The notes below the pieces were generated by a model that saw only the letters and a list, made by a program, of their open reading frames with translations, was not told the DNA's origin and did not search any database. A program made the translations under genes and the position numbers. From Candidatus Omnitrophota bacterium (GTDB taxonomy: Bacteria; Omnitrophota; Gorgyraeia; Tantalellales; Tantalellaceae): a stretch of DNA of 64,000 nt. Positions 1 through 10,420 of the stretch are shown here, piece by piece. How positions within the stretch are numbered: position 1 is the first letter of the stretch; every line of letters starts with the position of its first letter. The DNA lies in assembly GCA_016783605.1 (NCBI GenBank), contig JADHWG010000001.1, forward strand, positions 4,712 through 68,711, given 5' to 3'.

Positions 1-737
1 AATACCTGACGCCGGCTGCCGTCCTTGCAAAGAATTTCGGTTTCAAGATGCGCGGCGGACCGAAACAACAGATCTTTACGAATCTCTTTTAGTTTTCTTT
101 TATCCCGCGCGCAAATCAGTTTTTCCAGCGGCATTCCAACCAGTTCATTTTCAGAAAACTTGGTAACAACTTCAATGATCGGATTAATTTCTTCTATCGC
201 AAAATCATCCATCCGGCAGATGATAACCATGTCTTTTGAATTTTTGAACAAGTTTTCATAACGCTCCTGGGATTGACGCATACTTTCATATGCCGATTTC
301 TCTTCGGTTATGTCTTGAACCAAAGCTTCTATAACATCTTCTCCCGTAAGAGAATCTTTTTCGATGTAAGAATTGTGCAAAACATATTTGTCTTTATCCT
401 CAAGTGTCTTGAAATGATATTCGTAATTATGAAGTTCACGAGTTGCCTGAAGACGCGCTCTTATACTTTCTTCACCATCCACATAAATAAGAAACTCACT
501 TAAAGAATGTCCTATCACATCTTTTGCCGTCTTATTCCGAAGTTCAAGAATGGAAATAAACCCTTTGTTCATCGCGAGTATAACGCCGTCGGCGCATCTA
601 TATTTGTAATATCCGATATTGGTGTGATCCATAAGACGCTGAAAAGTTTTTCGACGATACTTGTAGACGAAAAATTTACGAAGTGTGTAGAGCAATACGA
701 AGAGGATTAAAAGGTTTGAAATAAGTAAGTATGTCAT
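1..737 (-). CDS. PAS-domain sensor protein, N-terminal part (gene continues beyond window start)
   Basis: Open minus-strand frame from an ATG near 737 running off the window edge. Manual translation gives an N-terminal hydrophobic segment followed by PAS-like repeats (…DVIGHSLSEFLIYVDGEESIRARLQATREL…). This partial ORF is absent from the ORF track. Confidence 0.45.
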   Translation of the reverse strand, partial: MTYLLISNLLILFVLLYTLRKFFVYKYRRKTFQRLMDHTNIGYYKYRCADGVILAMNKGFISILELRNKTAKDVIGHSLSEFLIYVDGEESIRARLQATRELHNYEYHFKTLEDKDKYVLHNSYIEKDSLTGEDVIEALVQDITEEKSAYESMRQSQERYENLFKNSKDMVIICRMDDFAIEEINPIIEVVTKFSENELVGMPLEKLICARDKRKLKEIRKDLLFRSAAHLETEILCKDGSRRQV

Positions 738-845
738 ACTGTTTTTATTATCAGTCCTTTAAACTTTCTTTAGATCCGTTACGAACGATTCATTATACCG
801 TATAAGCTTTTTGTTTCAAAGAATTTCTTCCATCAATCGCTCCCA

Positions 846-893
846 CACCAACCTCGTAGGTTCAACCTCGTAGGTTGAACCTACGAGGTTGGT
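846..893. repeat. family-B triloop-hairpin palindrome cluster
   Basis: caacctcgtaggttcaacctcgtaggttgaacctacgaggttggtg. Confidence 0.7.
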
Positions 894-1355
894 GTTTTTT
901 GGGGGAGGGTGAGTGTAAATTGCTTTAGTTCGCTTTGTAAGGACTTATTTTCTTTGGGTTTTGTGATTGAGAGAGGGAAAAGAGGCGTTATCAGGCTTTT
1001 TCATAGGTTAATTTTTTTTGTAAACTTTTTATACCGAAAGTTGCCTCTTGCTTCTGGTATGATATACTTGTTCTTATAGGGACTTGCACTTTTAGATCTC
1101 ACAGCTCAGACATGGGTCTTTTATAGCTTTTCTCGCCCCCTTTCAAAACAAAAAAATAAAGGTGAAAGAAAAGCTAACTTTTAAAACAGCTTACATAAGC
1201 TGTTTTTTTTATTTGTATTAGCGTAAAGGACACCCACAAGGGGGTGCCACCACTGTATATCAAATTAACTCCCAATTCGTTACCCGAATTGTGACAATAC
1301 GCGCCCACGATCATTATTTCGTTCAAATGGTTTGTATCCTAAAATTTCGTAGGGT

Positions 1356-1584
1356 ATACATTGTCACAATTCAGGTAACAAATCGATAGTGACCGGAACC
1401 ACCCTAACCATTTTGTCCCCTCGTCAATTAATCGGACAAGGCAGGCCTTCCCTACGAATAATATAAAACATGCCCAACAAATCCGTAGGGGCCGGGCCTG
1501 CCCGGCCCTTTTATTCCCATCATCATTGATAACCTTTATATGTCGGTGCCATTATAGACGGTTACCTCAATTGTGACAATGTAC
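1356..1584. mobile_element. MITE-2 copy (~229 bp), with an additional orphan right TIR at ~1281..1300
   Basis: Same TIRs and internal blocks as 61488..61752. Confidence 0.7.
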
Positions 1585-1611
1585 AAGGGGCGCCCTTTAT
1601 GGGTGCCCTTA

Positions 1612-2649
1612 TTAACGGGTGGTTTTCGCCGCGAGCTGACCGCACGCGGCCAGTATATCCGTACCTTTCGATTTGCGTACGGTCACTGTCACTTTATTTT
1701 CCCGCAATATGTTCTTGAACAAAAGCTTCTCTCGCGTGGACACTTTGGCGAGGTCACTTGCGAATATCGGACTGTAATTTATAAGATTAACTTTCGCTTT
1801 CATTTTTTTTGCAAGTTTCGCGAGTTTTCTCGCGTCCCGCGCGGAATCGTTTTGACCGCTTAGCAGAATATATTCCAGAGTGATCAACCTCTTTGTTTTT
1901 TGATGATACGCCAGGCAAGCCGAAAGGAGTTCTTTGAGCGGATATTTGCGGTTCACCGGCACAAGTATATTTCTTAGTTTATCATCCGCCGCGTGTAGGG
2001 AAATTGAAAGCTCTATCTGTAAATTTTCTTCTTTTAAACGATAGATCGCAGGGACTATTCCGCAGGTGGAAATTGTTATTCTTCTCGCGGCGAAGCCCAA
2101 ACCTTCGGGTGAGTTCATTACACGAATGGCATTGATCAAATTATCATAATTGTCCATTGGTTCGCCCATTCCCATAAAAACGATATTGGTTATACTGGAA
2201 GAACTTAACTCCGCGCCTAGCCGCAATTGATCCACTATCTCGCAAATCGTAAGATTACGTTTAAACCGTTTTCGTCCGCTCGCGCAAAACGGGCAGGCGA
2301 ACTTACACCCGACTTGAGTGGATATGCATACCGTACGGCGCGCGCCTTCTTTTATCAGCACCGTTTCGACATATTCTCCGTCTTTTAATTTCCATAAAAA
2401 CTTCTCCGTACCGTCACACGATGTAAGATGCTCCGCGCACTCAACACGCTCAATAACAAATCGACTTTTAAGCGTTTTTATAAAAGTTTTCGGGAGATTC
2501 GTCATTTTGGAAAAAGAATCGGCATTTTTATGATACAGCCATAAAAAAATTTGTTTCGCGCGATGACGAGGCGCGCCCAAAAGCTGAATTTCTTTCTCAA
2601 GTTCCGTAAAACTATAATCCAAGATATTCTTTTTCATTAGCGCCCGCAT
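1612..2649 (-). CDS. rlmN: radical-SAM 23S rRNA/tRNA (adenine-C2) methyltransferase RlmN
   Basis: 345 aa with a CxxxCxxC radical-SAM motif (GCKFACPFCASG) and RlmN-like length and C-terminal region. Confidence 0.8.
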   Translation of the reverse strand: MRALMKKNILDYSFTELEKEIQLLGAPRHRAKQIFLWLYHKNADSFSKMTNLPKTFIKTLKSRFVIERVECAEHLTSCDGTEKFLWKLKDGEYVETVLIKEGARRTVCISTQVGCKFACPFCASGRKRFKRNLTICEIVDQLRLGAELSSSSITNIVFMGMGEPMDNYDNLINAIRVMNSPEGLGFAARRITISTCGIVPAIYRLKEENLQIELSISLHAADDKLRNILVPVNRKYPLKELLSACLAYHQKTKRLITLEYILLSGQNDSARDARKLAKLAKKMKAKVNLINYSPIFASDLAKVSTREKLLFKNILRENKVTVTVRKSKGTDILAACGQLAAKTTR

Positions 2650-3461
2650 CCATTATTTATCCAATCCAGGATGTCACCGAACACTTTTTCTTTTCCACGT
2701 TCTATCGAAAGCGCGTGACACATTTCGGGGTAAACAATAATTTTTTTATCTTTTGTTTTTACCTTTTTGAATATACACTTGCTGACTTCCGGGCTTGCCA
2801 ACGAATCTTTCCCCGCGAGTAAAAATAACACCGGTTTTTTGATCTTTTTGGCGCGAAACAAACTTTTTACTTGAAAAGTAAACGTGCACCATAAGAGTTT
2901 CGCGGTGGCAAATCGGTGTTCGGCGGGATCATTATCCAACAACGTTTGATACTCTTCGTCTCTGGTACACATTCCGGAATCAAACGGCATTTTGAACCGG
3001 CGGCAGGGATTATAAAAATTCGCGGCGAATATCCGAAAATATTCCATAAGAGAAAATTTCAACCGGCTGAAAAAAGCCGGTGAAATTAATATTGTACCGT
3101 CAAAAAGATCTTGACGTGATAACCCCGCGTGAAAAGCGATAAGAGCCCCCATGCTTTCTCCGAGAATAAAAACTTTCTTTCCGGGATGTTCCGCGCGCGC
3201 TTTGCGAGTGAGCGATTCGATATCTTTAAAATACACGTCGAAAGAATCAATATGCCCCTTTTCACAATCCGTTTCGCCGAACCCTTTAAGTTCGATCGCG
3301 TAAGACGAAATACCGCTTTCAAGAAAAAATTCCGCGAGCGCGTCCCACCTGGCACTCTGCGCGCCAAGCCCGTGAATCAGTACAAGAACCGTTTTCGTTT
3401 TGGGTGCCTGCCACTTGCGATACAAAACATCACTATTTTTGTCTTTTATTAAATCCTGCAT
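2637..3461 (-). CDS. alpha/beta-hydrolase (lysophospholipase / monoglyceride lipase-like)
   Basis: HGLG oxyanion motif and GESMG nucleophile elbow; overlaps the rlmN start and is likely co-transcribed with it. Confidence 0.65.
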   Translation of the reverse strand: MQDLIKDKNSDVLYRKWQAPKTKTVLVLIHGLGAQSARWDALAEFFLESGISSYAIELKGFGETDCEKGHIDSFDVYFKDIESLTRKARAEHPGKKVFILGESMGALIAFHAGLSRQDLFDGTILISPAFFSRLKFSLMEYFRIFAANFYNPCRRFKMPFDSGMCTRDEEYQTLLDNDPAEHRFATAKLLWCTFTFQVKSLFRAKKIKKPVLFLLAGKDSLASPEVSKCIFKKVKTKDKKIIVYPEMCHALSIERGKEKVFGDILDWINNGCGR

Positions 3462-3499
3462 GATCTCTTTTTCATGTATTTAGGGTTTTAAACTTTTCT

Positions 3500-3548
3500 G
3501 ATCATAGTTGACAACTTTAGCATATATTGACGTTTCACAGTTGTCAAC
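3500..3548 (-). promoter_or_regulatory. candidate sigma70 promoter embedded in an inverted repeat (TAGTTGACAACT-N23-AGTTGTCAACTA)
   Basis: On the minus strand there is TTGACA-17 nt-TATGCT upstream of the hydrolase-rlmN operon, and the -35 element lies within a 12-bp inverted repeat. Confidence 0.3.
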
Positions 3549-3714
3549 TAGTTGTAAACAAAATACATCAAAATGGGCATATTTGAGGGATAAAGGGCAC
3601 GGCATGCCGTGCCCCTACGAAGTTGCGGGCGGAGTATAAATATTTTTGGTTGGGCATTGTTGAGATTGCTTCGTCCCCGGGGGACGCCTGCGGGGACGAA
3701 GCAATTTTTGGATG

Positions 3715-6700
3715 TTAGAGCGACGAATCGATCTGATCTATACAATCTTTCCAGTCGCTTCGATCTATTCTTTCCATTGGTATGCCGAGGAGAAGTGTTT
3801 CCAACACCAAACGCATTAAAGTAACCGCGGCGCCTATTTGGAGCATCCTTCTTTGCCCGGTTGGAATTTCATTATAGGAAAGCATCAGATATAAGTCTTT
3901 TATGTCAATATCCTGACTGTGCGTTACGGCTCGCATCAGCTTTTTTATGTCCTGAGCGAGAGTTTGTTCACCATTTTCCGCTTTTTGGACATCTTTAGGA
4001 GTGAGACATCCTTGGAGAATACCTATTCTTAAAGCAGTAGACGCGTATAGCCACCCTTTGCCGCTTAATCCTTCTATGTCGGGAAGAGACAAAATTCTTG
4101 TTTGTTTAAGTATGTCCTCCAATTTCTCAGGCATATCAAAATCGCTTTCAGGCTGTATAGCTGTAATATTTGATTCGGTCGCGAATAAAACGGGTATCCT
4201 TACGTCTTCAGGACTTTTCGAACTTAGACTGCTACTGAGCAAATTTACCACACTTTGCTGATCTAACCCTGCTTCACTATTGTATTCTTTAATCTTTACC
4301 GCTCCTTTACCGAAAAGTTTATCCAGATTCCGCTGAGTTTTTTCTTTGGAACCATCACCTGAAAGGCTATCAGAAAACATCTCTTTAGGAACGATAAGAT
4401 CGATCTTGTTTTTCTTTACGAGAGAAGCGTGTTTTTCTAGCATTTCGTATACGTTGTAAACAGCCTGTTCTCCTTCTGTATTAGCATAACTCGCCTCAAC
4501 AATAACTGTCTCACTATGCAAAGTCTTTTTAATCCAGTAGTCGTTAATTTCACGTACCGTGGGTGGTTTTCGGAAATGAAATTTTCTGCCGTCCGGACTC
4601 TCAATTATCAGTCTTCCTTCAATAGAATCCCCGTCTTCCCGAATATCCATGTTTACATCTATCACCTCTCCCGGTCCGAATACAACAATTTTTTCATCTT
4701 TATCCACAAGAAGATTATTGTTATTGATTTCGATCTCTACCGCGCCGCTCTTTACAACAAGCCTATGAGGTCTTTGCACTCCCCCATGTGTTATCCTCTT
4801 TGGCGGACGTTTCTTTTCACCATTAATCGTGATCACGTCCACTTCCTCGGATTTCAGACCATAATCTTTAATAACACCTCTTTCTTCGCTTGCAACAATA
4901 TTTGTTCCTCCTATTTTTTTGCCTTGTTTAAACGGTTTTGCAATTGGAATTTTTCTTTTCAGGGCGGGAACAAATATGTCCAGGATTTCCGCTTCTTGTT
5001 CTAACGTCTCAACTGATACGCTCTTCGCGGAAGCCGGGATCACAAGCAAGAATCCTCCTTTCGCTAAAGACACAATCTTTGCGGTTTTTATATCTCCCCT
5101 CGCGTCTGTAACAGAAATAGTCGCTGATCCTGTTTTAACAGCAAGGATGTGAAGTCCGTGTGTTGATTCCTCCGGTTCTTCCCCTAAAGATAAAACGTTT
5201 TTTCCGTCTGATTGTGCCATAATAATTCTGTCCATTCTGTAAGCACTCTTTACCAGAATGTTGAGTTCCACGCTATCCTTTTCTTGCAATTCTTTTACCC
5301 CCATTTCAGGAAACACAATACCGTTTTCCCGAATAGCGTCTTTGCCTAAAAGTTCTTCGGGAAAATATTTTAGCGCGCTCTTTAACTTCGACAGTGTGAT
5401 CGTCTTCGGCGCATCCGGTGATTCTAAGTTACATGCATCAATATCACCTTCGAGATCCAAATAAAACGGAGCCCCGTTTTTGATAGTTTCGGTTATCGTT
5501 GCGTCTATCCCTTCAGGTTCTTCTACATCTTCATAATATCCTTTTTGCCTGGCAAGCGGCGCGGCTTTTTGCGGTTCAGATTCATTCGCGGTCATTTCGG
5601 CGTGTACTGCCATTACTTCGTTGATCGGGGTAATAGCGGGCATATGTTTCCTGTCCGATATAATTTGAATTGTTTTCGCGAGATCATCATCAAGCTTTGT
5701 TTTTAAATTACTAACATTTGTCGAGCGGTATTCATACTCGGGAATGATCGCCTGTATCCCGGCTTTTTCCATATTTGCAATCTGCCGAGGAGCCGACACT
5801 GCTGTCGGGTCAATTACAGCATGTGTCACACCGGCTGATGCCAAAAATTCCGCCGGAATAATACCGGTATTGGATCCTGTTCCGCGTGTCGCGATATTAT
5901 CTTCGCGACCGTCGATCGTTATTATTTTTTTCTTTTCATCTGTCGTCGCGTCCCGGAATAACTCGCTCACGTCTTCACCGCGAAGTTCGCGAAGAGCCGC
6001 GTCAATGTGAAGCCGGGAAATACAATGAAAAATGTTCACTTTTTCAAGATCCACGCCGGCGTCTTCATAACCTTGTATCCACGGCATCCAGGGACCTTTT
6101 TCGTTTGCCTTAAAGTTGTACAAAAGATCGAGCCCGTCTTTTACACCCGCGGCAGTTTCGGCTAATTTAACCGCGTTCGCGAGGGTGTAAATATAGCGCG
6201 CGACAAACGCGCCGTTATAACCGGCGACCTCTACCATGCCTTCAATGATATCAGCCTTTGTTCCGCCGCCGTAAGAGATTTTCAATCTTTTTCGGTATTC
6301 TTCGCGCAGGTCTTCGATCATATTGTTCCACCAATCGCCTTTCCAAGCATCTTTATCTTTAAAAACATAGCCAAATAGTGTCGCAATATTTTCCGCCTGA
6401 GTTATCTCCATTTCCGAAGGCACTCCCAATTCCAAAAACACAGGTATCTGCTTTTCCAGACGGAATTTCGCGACCTTCTCATGAAGAGATGCTCCACGAA
6501 TCGCTTTAACAGGTTCATACGGATTTATAAACTGGTACAGAACGGTTTCTATCGGCACATTTTCGAACAGTATTTTTATCTGATAGTTTATCTCATAGAC
6601 CGTTGAAATTTCTTCTATGATGCGGCGTTTTACTTCATCTAAGTTATTCAGTATTACCTCGATTGTTTTGGCTATTGTACCTTGTTGGTCTATTATTTTT

Positions 6701-8607
6701 TGCGTGCTAAGATCATTCCACCTTAGATCGTATTCTAAAAACGACGCGTATTTGTCCTCTATCGCGCCTATAATATCCGGGGTCTCATTATTCTCCGCGG
6801 CTTCTTTTGTAACATCATCTACCAGTTTTTTAAATTCAGCCTCAAGTAAAGGCTTCAAAATACCGTAATACGCACCGTATTCTTTATGTGTTTTAATGCC
6901 TTCTATCTCATCAATCTTCTGTACCGCGTCGACCTCATGGCTTAAAGCCCACACAGCTTTCATATCTTCATCATTTGTCAGGTTTTTTTTCAACGCTATT
7001 TCATCCGGCGTAACAGGAAAGAAACGTAAACCTCTTTCATGGTATTCCTTGTCCGTCATAAAGTCACCCCAAGGTCCGACGATCCTATATGCGGCTTTTT
7101 GAAATAAATCTCTTTGCGCGCGTATCGCCACAATACCCATATTCAGATAATCCCTTACCTCAGAATGCCCGATAGCAACCAGCATAGGCGCGCCGACAGG
7201 AATATCATCCGGCGTCATATCAGGCGTGACTATTGTGACAGGTCCTATCGGATCCCACTGGTACCAAACTTCGTTATTGAATCCTTTCACGTGGTTAATT
7301 TTCTTATTTTTAAGCCACAGCTCCTCGAGGATTTCTTCAGCGTCATCAGGTTTCTTGCTGATGAGCGTGGCAAATTGCTCTACGGTAAAGGGCGTATGTT
7401 TACCAAATACCTTTGCCATTTCATAATATCCTTCAAGAGATCCATCGTCTACAACAATTGTCTGCGCTATTATCTCTTCATTTCTGCGAAATATGTCCTC
7501 AAATTTCTTTTCCTGTTTTCGGAGCGCGCTTAGCCTTGCCATGATGGGCCGGATATCCGAGCCCTGCTGATTATTTACCCATTCTTCTTCGCTTTTGAAG
7601 CCAAATGCCGCGATCGCGTCAGACGTCAGTGCTATTAAGCCAAGCGCAATTCGCGTATGAATGTCTTCATGCTGTGCTAAAACTATTTTTTCCGATTCTG
7701 TGAGACGGTCATACGATGATTCCCTCATGTAGTAGTATTCCTCCACGCTTTCCAGACTTCCATATTTTTCATACTGTTTTCTTGTCTCTCTGGTACCGGG
7801 ATGGCATTCAATATCACTCGGCGCTCCAGTTGATTCAATGTATTTTTCGTAAAGTTCATCCGGCAAAACGATAAAATATCCACCGGTTGCGTTGTCTCTC
7901 CTGCCATACATTTTCATAAATTCTTCTTGTATTTTGGCCTTACCATTTGTTCTAAAGCTTACACTTATTTGCCTCTTCAGGTCTTCAATTGTAAGCGTGA
8001 TCGCCAGATTTAGCCTACCGTGCTCCTCCCGCGTCAGCGGTTTATTTCGATTCGCTCCGGTTCGGGCATACCACTCACCCGCCGACCGGGTTGGAAGACC
8101 GGCTTTTCCCCTTGCCCTTATTCTAAACTTATCGAATTCAACTTTGACGCGCGTCCTTATTTCATTCGGAATGTTTTCTTTGCCAAGATTTTTTTCATAT
8201 TTTCCTAAAAAATCCGTAAAAATCGTTTCCCAATCTTTGTCGTTTTCTACGAGTTTCATCCATTCGCTGTGCGCTTCTTTTTCGCTCTCAAAGCTAGGTA
8301 TCATCTCTTTTTTCATCCCATCAAGATAGCTCTCTACACATTTCCCGGTTGCTTCTCTGATCTTGTCAAGAACTCCGTCTTTGCTAATATCCTTGAACCA
8401 CTCTTTCAGGTTTTTCTCTACATCTTTGTCGAGTACAATCCTACTCCCAAATCCGAATTTTAAAGCTGTCGAGAGAGTGTCTTGTGTAGATTCCGGAACG
8501 ACAGAAAAACGCTCTGCCGCGAAAGTCGTATTGCTAAAAGAAAAAGCCAAAACTAAAAAAAGGCTTATTGTTTTACAGAACGTTGATTGTTTGAAATTAC
8601 TTTTCAT
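3715..8607 (-). CDS. giant secreted protein (1630 aa), function unknown; contains an HExxH (HEDIH) motif
   Basis: Long uninterrupted ORF with an N-terminal signal peptide (LFLVLAFSFSNTTFA). No family was recognised by eye. It has a single zincin-like HEDIH motif. Confidence 0.7.
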   Translation of the reverse strand: MKSNFKQSTFCKTISLFLVLAFSFSNTTFAAERFSVVPESTQDTLSTALKFGFGSRIVLDKDVEKNLKEWFKDISKDGVLDKIREATGKCVESYLDGMKKEMIPSFESEKEAHSEWMKLVENDKDWETIFTDFLGKYEKNLGKENIPNEIRTRVKVEFDKFRIRARGKAGLPTRSAGEWYARTGANRNKPLTREEHGRLNLAITLTIEDLKRQISVSFRTNGKAKIQEEFMKMYGRRDNATGGYFIVLPDELYEKYIESTGAPSDIECHPGTRETRKQYEKYGSLESVEEYYYMRESSYDRLTESEKIVLAQHEDIHTRIALGLIALTSDAIAAFGFKSEEEWVNNQQGSDIRPIMARLSALRKQEKKFEDIFRRNEEIIAQTIVVDDGSLEGYYEMAKVFGKHTPFTVEQFATLISKKPDDAEEILEELWLKNKKINHVKGFNNEVWYQWDPIGPVTIVTPDMTPDDIPVGAPMLVAIGHSEVRDYLNMGIVAIRAQRDLFQKAAYRIVGPWGDFMTDKEYHERGLRFFPVTPDEIALKKNLTNDEDMKAVWALSHEVDAVQKIDEIEGIKTHKEYGAYYGILKPLLEAEFKKLVDDVTKEAAENNETPDIIGAIEDKYASFLEYDLRWNDLSTQKIIDQQGTIAKTIEVILNNLDEVKRRIIEEISTVYEINYQIKILFENVPIETVLYQFINPYEPVKAIRGASLHEKVAKFRLEKQIPVFLELGVPSEMEITQAENIATLFGYVFKDKDAWKGDWWNNMIEDLREEYRKRLKISYGGGTKADIIEGMVEVAGYNGAFVARYIYTLANAVKLAETAAGVKDGLDLLYNFKANEKGPWMPWIQGYEDAGVDLEKVNIFHCISRLHIDAALRELRGEDVSELFRDATTDEKKKIITIDGREDNIATRGTGSNTGIIPAEFLASAGVTHAVIDPTAVSAPRQIANMEKAGIQAIIPEYEYRSTNVSNLKTKLDDDLAKTIQIISDRKHMPAITPINEVMAVHAEMTANESEPQKAAPLARQKGYYEDVEEPEGIDATITETIKNGAPFYLDLEGDIDACNLESPDAPKTITLSKLKSALKYFPEELLGKDAIRENGIVFPEMGVKELQEKDSVELNILVKSAYRMDRIIMAQSDGKNVLSLGEEPEESTHGLHILAVKTGSATISVTDARGDIKTAKIVSLAKGGFLLVIPASAKSVSVETLEQEAEILDIFVPALKRKIPIAKPFKQGKKIGGTNIVASEERGVIKDYGLKSEEVDVITINGEKKRPPKRITHGGVQRPHRLVVKSGAVEIEINNNNLLVDKDEKIVVFGPGEVIDVNMDIREDGDSIEGRLIIESPDGRKFHFRKPPTVREINDYWIKKTLHSETVIVEASYANTEGEQAVYNVYEMLEKHASLVKKNKIDLIVPKEMFSDSLSGDGSKEKTQRNLDKLFGKGAVKIKEYNSEAGLDQQSVVNLLSSSLSSKSPEDVRIPVLFATESNITAIQPESDFDMPEKLEDILKQTRILSLPDIEGLSGKGWLYASTALRIGILQGCLTPKDVQKAENGEQTLAQDIKKLMRAVTHSQDIDIKDLYLMLSYNEIPTGQRRMLQIGAAVTLMRLVLETLLLGIPMERIDRSDWKDCIDQIDSSL

Positions 8608-9009
8608 TATTATTTTCCCCCTTCGGTTAAAAACACATAATACGCGTGAGATGATCCTGTTGAACTATCACAAAATCTTCCGCCATTATCTTTCTTTTTC
8701 TCGGAATAATGGGTTTGAAAAAATCTTTTTTAAACACCTTAAAATTGTCTTTCAGAAATCCTGTTTGCCTGAATCGGCTTGATCGCTTCGTACTAAGAAT
8801 GGGTTTTTTTGAGGTATACCAAAGCATGCGTTACTTCACTGTTGAGTTTATTCACATCACTACTAAAGCAAAAAACAACTACCTTCTTTCTAAAGTACCA
8901 AAAAGGGCAAAACAAATCAACCCTTTATTTCTAACTTTTTTTCGATAAACATTGAAGTTATAAGGGCACGGCATGCCGTGCCCCTACGAAGTGGTTGGCG
9001 ATATCCCCC

Positions 9010-9078
9010 ATTTAAATAGGGACGTCACCCATTTAATTAAGAGAACAAATTGAAAATGGGTGACGTCCCTATTTAATG
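9010..9078. repeat. long inverted repeat (25-bp arms: atttaaatagggacgtcacccattt / aaatgggtgacgtccctatttaat)
   Basis: Arms separated by ~18 nt. Shares the GGGACGTCACCC core with the hairpins that flank the HEPN/MNT pair. Confidence 0.6.
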
Positions 9079-9092
9079 AATATTCGCGTTTG

Positions 9093-9545
9093 CTAAAGCA
9101 AATCAGGGGTTATTTCCCATAACAGTTTCCATTTTTCTTGGTATTCGAGACAAATTATGCCGGAATGCTTAAAGGTGATGCTTTCATTTTCTTCGTTTTC
9201 GAAGAGCAAGAGGGAGGTGAGTTTTCGTAAAAACGGGAGGTGCCCCACGATCATTATGTCTCTTCTTACGGCTTCCAATTCTTCTTTGATCTTGGCAACT
9301 TCATCATTAGGATTCAGATCAACTCGTTCATTTATCTCCGTTTTTTCGATATATTCAGTGATTATTTGTACGGTTTCGATCGAACGCATCTTTTTACTGT
9401 GCCATATGCTCGCGACACTGATCTTTTCCGCTTTTATGAACCGTCCCATTTTCTGAGTTTCGTCTTTGCCTTCTTCACTTAAGGGTTTTTGAGGATCTTG
9501 CTCCTCCGTCAAAGAAAGCCCGTGTTGGATCAAATAAAGTTTCAT
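9093..9545 (-). CDS. sixA: phosphohistidine phosphatase SixA (histidine phosphatase superfamily)
   Basis: MKLYLIQHG…RHG-type catalytic motif, ~150 aa. I moved the start to the internal Met because the N-terminal extension in the ORF track reads through a repeat. Confidence 0.65.
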   Translation of the reverse strand: MKLYLIQHGLSLTEEQDPQKPLSEEGKDETQKMGRFIKAEKISVASIWHSKKMRSIETVQIITEYIEKTEINERVDLNPNDEVAKIKEELEAVRRDIMIVGHLPFLRKLTSLLLFENEENESITFKHSGIICLEYQEKWKLLWEITPDLL

Positions 9546-9664
9546 ATGTCTACCCCCCTCTTTAATAACGTTAAAAAACTTTCTCTCCCGGAACCACCTC
9601 GTAGGTGGAACCGGTTGTTCCACCTACGAGGTGGTTCCGGTAAAGGGCACGGCATGCCGTGCCC

Positions 9665-10420
9665 CTACGGGGTTGTATCGGGGTTTGGTTCTTCCCCGTC
9701 TTGTTTTGAGTGAACCATTGGAACAAATCTGACCGGCAGGAGTGTTTTTTTATTCACGCCCTCGGGTGTTTTTTCGATCAGACATAATTCTTGATGAAAA
9801 CTTCCGACGGGGACTATCATTTTGCCGCCGATTTTCAGCTGGTCTATCAATTCTTCCGGCACCTCCGGCGGCGCGGCGGTTATAACGATCGCGTCAAAAG
9901 GGGCGTATTCTTCCCAGCCTTTATATCCATCGCCGTATTTTACATGAACGTTGTCATATCCGAGTTTTTTTAGTCTTTCGCGAGCGGAATCGGCAAGCGG
10001 TTTCAATATTTCGACGCTATAGACATCTTTTACGATTTTTCCCAACACCGCCGCCTGATACCCGCATCCGGTCCCGATCTCAAGAACCCGCGTTTGGTCT
10101 TTCGGCTGAATTTGTTCTGTCATATAGGCGACAATGTACGGTTGGGAAATAGTCTGGCCATATCCGATAGGCAGCGGACAATCGCTGTACGCGGAGTTGA
10201 TCAAGTTTTCCGGCACGAACAAATGTCGTTTGACGCTCGACATCGCGTCCAAAACAGTTTTATCGGTAATGCCTCTGGCGACTATCTGTTCTTCCAGCAT
10301 TTTTTCCCTCATCTCATCAAGCGCTCCATTCTCGGCAATGGCAATAAATTCGCCCGCTGTAAAAGATAAAAGCAGACACATTATGCTAAGCAAAAAATTC
10401 ATCCTGATTTTTCGCTTCAT
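9665..10420 (-). CDS. pcm: protein-L-isoaspartate O-methyltransferase with N-terminal signal peptide
   Basis: SAM-binding motif VLEIGTGCGYQAAVL and the PCMT family C-terminal region. I moved the start to MKRKIR because the track start (MHLRGAIG) is a translation of a palindromic repeat. Confidence 0.8.
   Translation of the reverse strand: MKRKIRMNFLLSIMCLLLSFTAGEFIAIAENGALDEMREKMLEEQIVARGITDKTVLDAMSSVKRHLFVPENLINSAYSDCPLPIGYGQTISQPYIVAYMTEQIQPKDQTRVLEIGTGCGYQAAVLGKIVKDVYSVEILKPLADSARERLKKLGYDNVHVKYGDGYKGWEEYAPFDAIVITAAPPEVPEELIDQLKIGGKMIVPVGSFHQELCLIEKTPEGVNKKTLLPVRFVPMVHSKQDGEEPNPDTTP

Noticed and set aside
4516-5004. Plus-strand ORFs of 60-200 aa inside large minus-strand genes (e.g. 4516..5004, 23332..23841, 24831..25460, 48510..49220, 50612..51118, 61771..62370).
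   Set aside because: They are antisense shadow ORFs with low-complexity or hydrophobic nonsense translations. They lie entirely inside well-supported genes on the opposite strand.}
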